NCBI GenBank assembly: GCA_025458245.1
Contig: JALOSW010000004.1
Span: forward strand, 1-50,294
Reading direction: 5' to 3'
DNA length: 50,294 nucleotides
Source of the DNA: Burkholderiales bacterium
GTDB lineage: Bacteria > Pseudomonadota > Gammaproteobacteria > Burkholderiales > SG8-39
Shown here in pieces: positions 48,279 through 50,294 of this stretch. Made by a program: the position numbers and the translations under genes. The notes under the pieces are model-generated. The model did not search any database. It saw only the letters and a program-made list of their open reading frames with translations, and was not told the DNA's origin. Within the stretch, counting starts at the first letter, position 1; each line of letters opens with the position of its first letter.

Positions 48279-49226
48279 TCACGCGGCAGCCGCGGCCACG
48301 ACCACGCGCCGCGGCTGCAGGCGCCCGTCGGGCAACGCTTCGGCCACGCCGAGGAAGCGCCCGTCCGCATACACCCGGACCGTCCCGCCCGATCGCGCCG
48401 CTGCGGGCACCGCCTGCCCCCGCACGAACGCCTCGGCGAGCGTGGGCGCGAGGCGCACCGCCTCAAGGCGGTCGACGAGGCAGTCGATCGGACGGAGGAC
48501 GCGCTGCCGATTCTCCGGCGCGGCCTCCGCGATCGCATCCAGGGTCACCGCGCAAGCGACGTCGAACGGCCCGATGCCCGTCCGCCGCAGCGCGACGAGG
48601 TGCGCGCCGCAGCCCAGCGCTTCCCCGATCTCCTCTCCGAGCACCCGGACGTACGTTCCCTTGGAGCAACGGACGTCGACCGTGACCTCGTCGCCCGCGA
48701 GATCGCGCCACTCGAGACCGTGGATCGTCACCCGTCTCGGTTCGCGCTCGAGTTCGACGCCGGCGCGCGCGTACTCGTACAACGGGCGTCCCTCCCGCTT
48801 CAGTGCCGAATGCATGGGGGGCACCTGGTCGATCTTGCCGCGAAACGCCGGCAGGGCCGCGTCCAGGCGCGCCGCATCCACGGCCACCGGACGCGTTTCG
48901 AGCACGTGGCCTTCCGAATCGCCGGTCGAGGTGCGGACGCCGAGCTTAAGCCGTGCGGTGTAGGCCTTGTCGGCGTCGAGCAGGTACGCGGAGAACTTCG
49001 TCGCTTCGCCGAAGCAAAGCGGGAGCAGCCCGCTAGCGAGCGGATCGAGCGTGCCGGTATGACCCGCCTTGGCTGCCCCGAAGAGGCGCTTCGCCGACTG
49101 GAGCGCCGCGTTGGAGGTCATCCCGGTCGGCTTGTCGAGGAGCAACACGCCGTCGATGGGGGCGCCGCGGCGCCTGCGTCCGGTCGATGCGCGCGTGCCG
49201 CTGCCCGGAGGCAGCTCACTTCTCAT
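48279..49226 (-). CDS. truB: tRNA pseudouridine(55) synthase
   Basis: [32 protein letters not shown] and CSKGTYVR motifs; start approximate. Confidence 0.96.
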   Translation of the reverse strand: MRSELPPGSGTRASTGRRRRGAPIDGVLLLDKPTGMTSNAALQSAKRLFGAAKAGHTGTLDPLASGLLPLCFGEATKFSAYLLDADKAYTARLKLGVRTSTGDSEGHVLETRPVAVDAARLDAALPAFRGKIDQVPPMHSALKREGRPLYEYARAGVELEREPRRVTIHGLEWRDLAGDEVTVDVRCSKGTYVRVLGEEIGEALGCGAHLVALRRTGIGPFDVACAVTLDAIAEAAPENRQRVLRPIDCLVDRLEAVRLAPTLAEAFVRGQAVPAAARSGGTVRVYADGRFLGVAEALPDGRLQPRRVVVAAAAA

Positions 49227-49581
49227 CGGGCTTGGCGGTGGCGACGGCCTCGTCGATGAGGTGCGTGAGGCGCACGCCGCGCTCGATCGAAGGGTCGTAC
49301 TCGAAGTGGAGTTCGGGCGTCGAGTGCGTATGCAGACGCTTCCCGAGCAACGACCGCATGTAGCCCGCCGCGCGCCGCAGCCCGGTCAGCGTCTCGTCGC
49401 GCTCGCTCTCCGCGCCAAGCGTCGTCACGAACACCTTCGCGTGCATCAGGTCGGGCGTGACGTTGACGCCGGTGATGGTGACTAAGTGGACGCGCGGATC
49501 GCGCAGCTCGAGGCGGATGATGTCGGAAAGCTCGCGCTGGATCTGGTCGGCGACGCGGTTGCGGCGCTGGGCATTGGCCAT
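49216..49581 (-). CDS. rbfA: ribosome-binding factor A
   Basis: RVADQIQREL, DPR, DLMHAKVF, AAGYMRS and PELHFEYD motifs. Confidence 0.96.
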   Translation of the reverse strand: MANAQRRNRVADQIQRELSDIIRLELRDPRVHLVTITGVNVTPDLMHAKVFVTTLGAESERDETLTGLRRAAGYMRSLLGKRLHTHSTPELHFEYDPSIERGVRLTHLIDEAVATAKPDEK

Positions 49582-49639
49582 GAGCGTTCTTCCGGTCCGG
49601 CGCGGCGCGCGAACGGCCCCCGCCGTCCGCGCGGTGCGG

Positions 49640-50294
49640 CTACAGCGACCGCGCCACTTCCTGGACTTCGTAGGCTTCGAGCTGATCGCCGACCTGGAGG
49701 TCGTTGTAGTTCTTGAGCGAGAGCCCGCACTCGAACCCGGACTTCACCTCGCGCACGTCGTCCTTGAAGCGCTTGAGCGAGTCGAGCTCACCGTCGAAGA
49801 TGACCACGTTGTCGCGCAGCAGGCGCACGCGCGACGTCCGGCGGACCACGCCGTCGAGCACGTAGCAGCCCGCGACCGTGCCCACCTTCGAGATGCGGAA
49901 CACCTGCCGCACCTCGACGAGGCCGACCGCCTGCTCCTTCTTCTCGGGGGTGAGCATGCCGGAGAGCGCCGCCTTCACCTCGTCGACCGCGTCGTAGATG
50001 ATGTTGTAGTAGCGGATGTCGACGCCCGCGGTTTCCGCGAGCTTGCGCGCCGCGGCATCGGCACGCGTGTTGAAGCCCACGATCACCGCCTTGGAAGCGA
50101 GCGCCAGGTTCACGTCGCTCTCCGTGATCCCGCCGACCGCCGCGTGGATCACGTGCACCTTCACCTCCTCGGTGGAGAGCTTGGTGAGCGCGTGGACGAG
50201 CGCTTCCTGCGAGCCCTGCACGTCGGCCTTGAGCAGGATGTTGAGGACCTTCGCCTCGCCCTCGCCCATCTGGTCGAACATGTTCTCGAGCTTC
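49640..50294 (-). CDS. infB: translation initiation factor IF-2, 3' part (start outside window)
   Basis: [26 protein letters not shown] and [19 protein letters not shown] motifs. Confidence 0.97.
   Translation of the reverse strand, partial: KLENMFDQMGEGEAKVLNILLKADVQGSQEALVHALTKLSTEEVKVHVIHAAVGGITESDVNLALASKAVIVGFNTRADAAARKLAETAGVDIRYYNIIYDAVDEVKAALSGMLTPEKKEQAVGLVEVRQVFRISKVGTVAGCYVLDGVVRRTSRVRLLRDNVVIFDGELDSLKRFKDDVREVKSGFECGLSLKNYNDLQVGDQLEAYEVQEVARSL

Overview
A GC-rich bacterial chromosome segment; gene content and order point to a betaproteobacterium (inference, no search run). It is mostly core genome: DUF4124-rnfH-ratA-smpB, ppsA/ppsR, the rpsB-tsf-pyrH-frr-uppS-cdsA-dxr-rseP-bamA-skp-lpxD-fabZ-lpxA-lpxB-rnhB cluster, map-glnD, smc-zipA-ligA-galU-dsrE-hpt-mtnP-def, dapC-dapD-pilU-arsC-dapE-prmB-srkA, dgoK, a Pro/Arg/His tRNA operon, dksA and infB-rbfA-truB-rpsO-pnp. 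The main accessory element is a divergent selenoneine-type pair (senA, senB) between rnhB and the TrmH-family gene, with no senC/selD or egtD in the window. Other anomalies are a ~37-nt frameshifting deletion in ppsA, a dapE lacking its normal start and first helix, an inverted heptamer repeat array between glnD and def, an exact 52-bp structured duplication between rpsB and map, and an AT-rich dyad inside smc. I see no CRISPR array, transposase, integrase or rRNA. I cannot claim a wholly new system: the best candidates are the variant senAB island and the two non-coding repeat elements.
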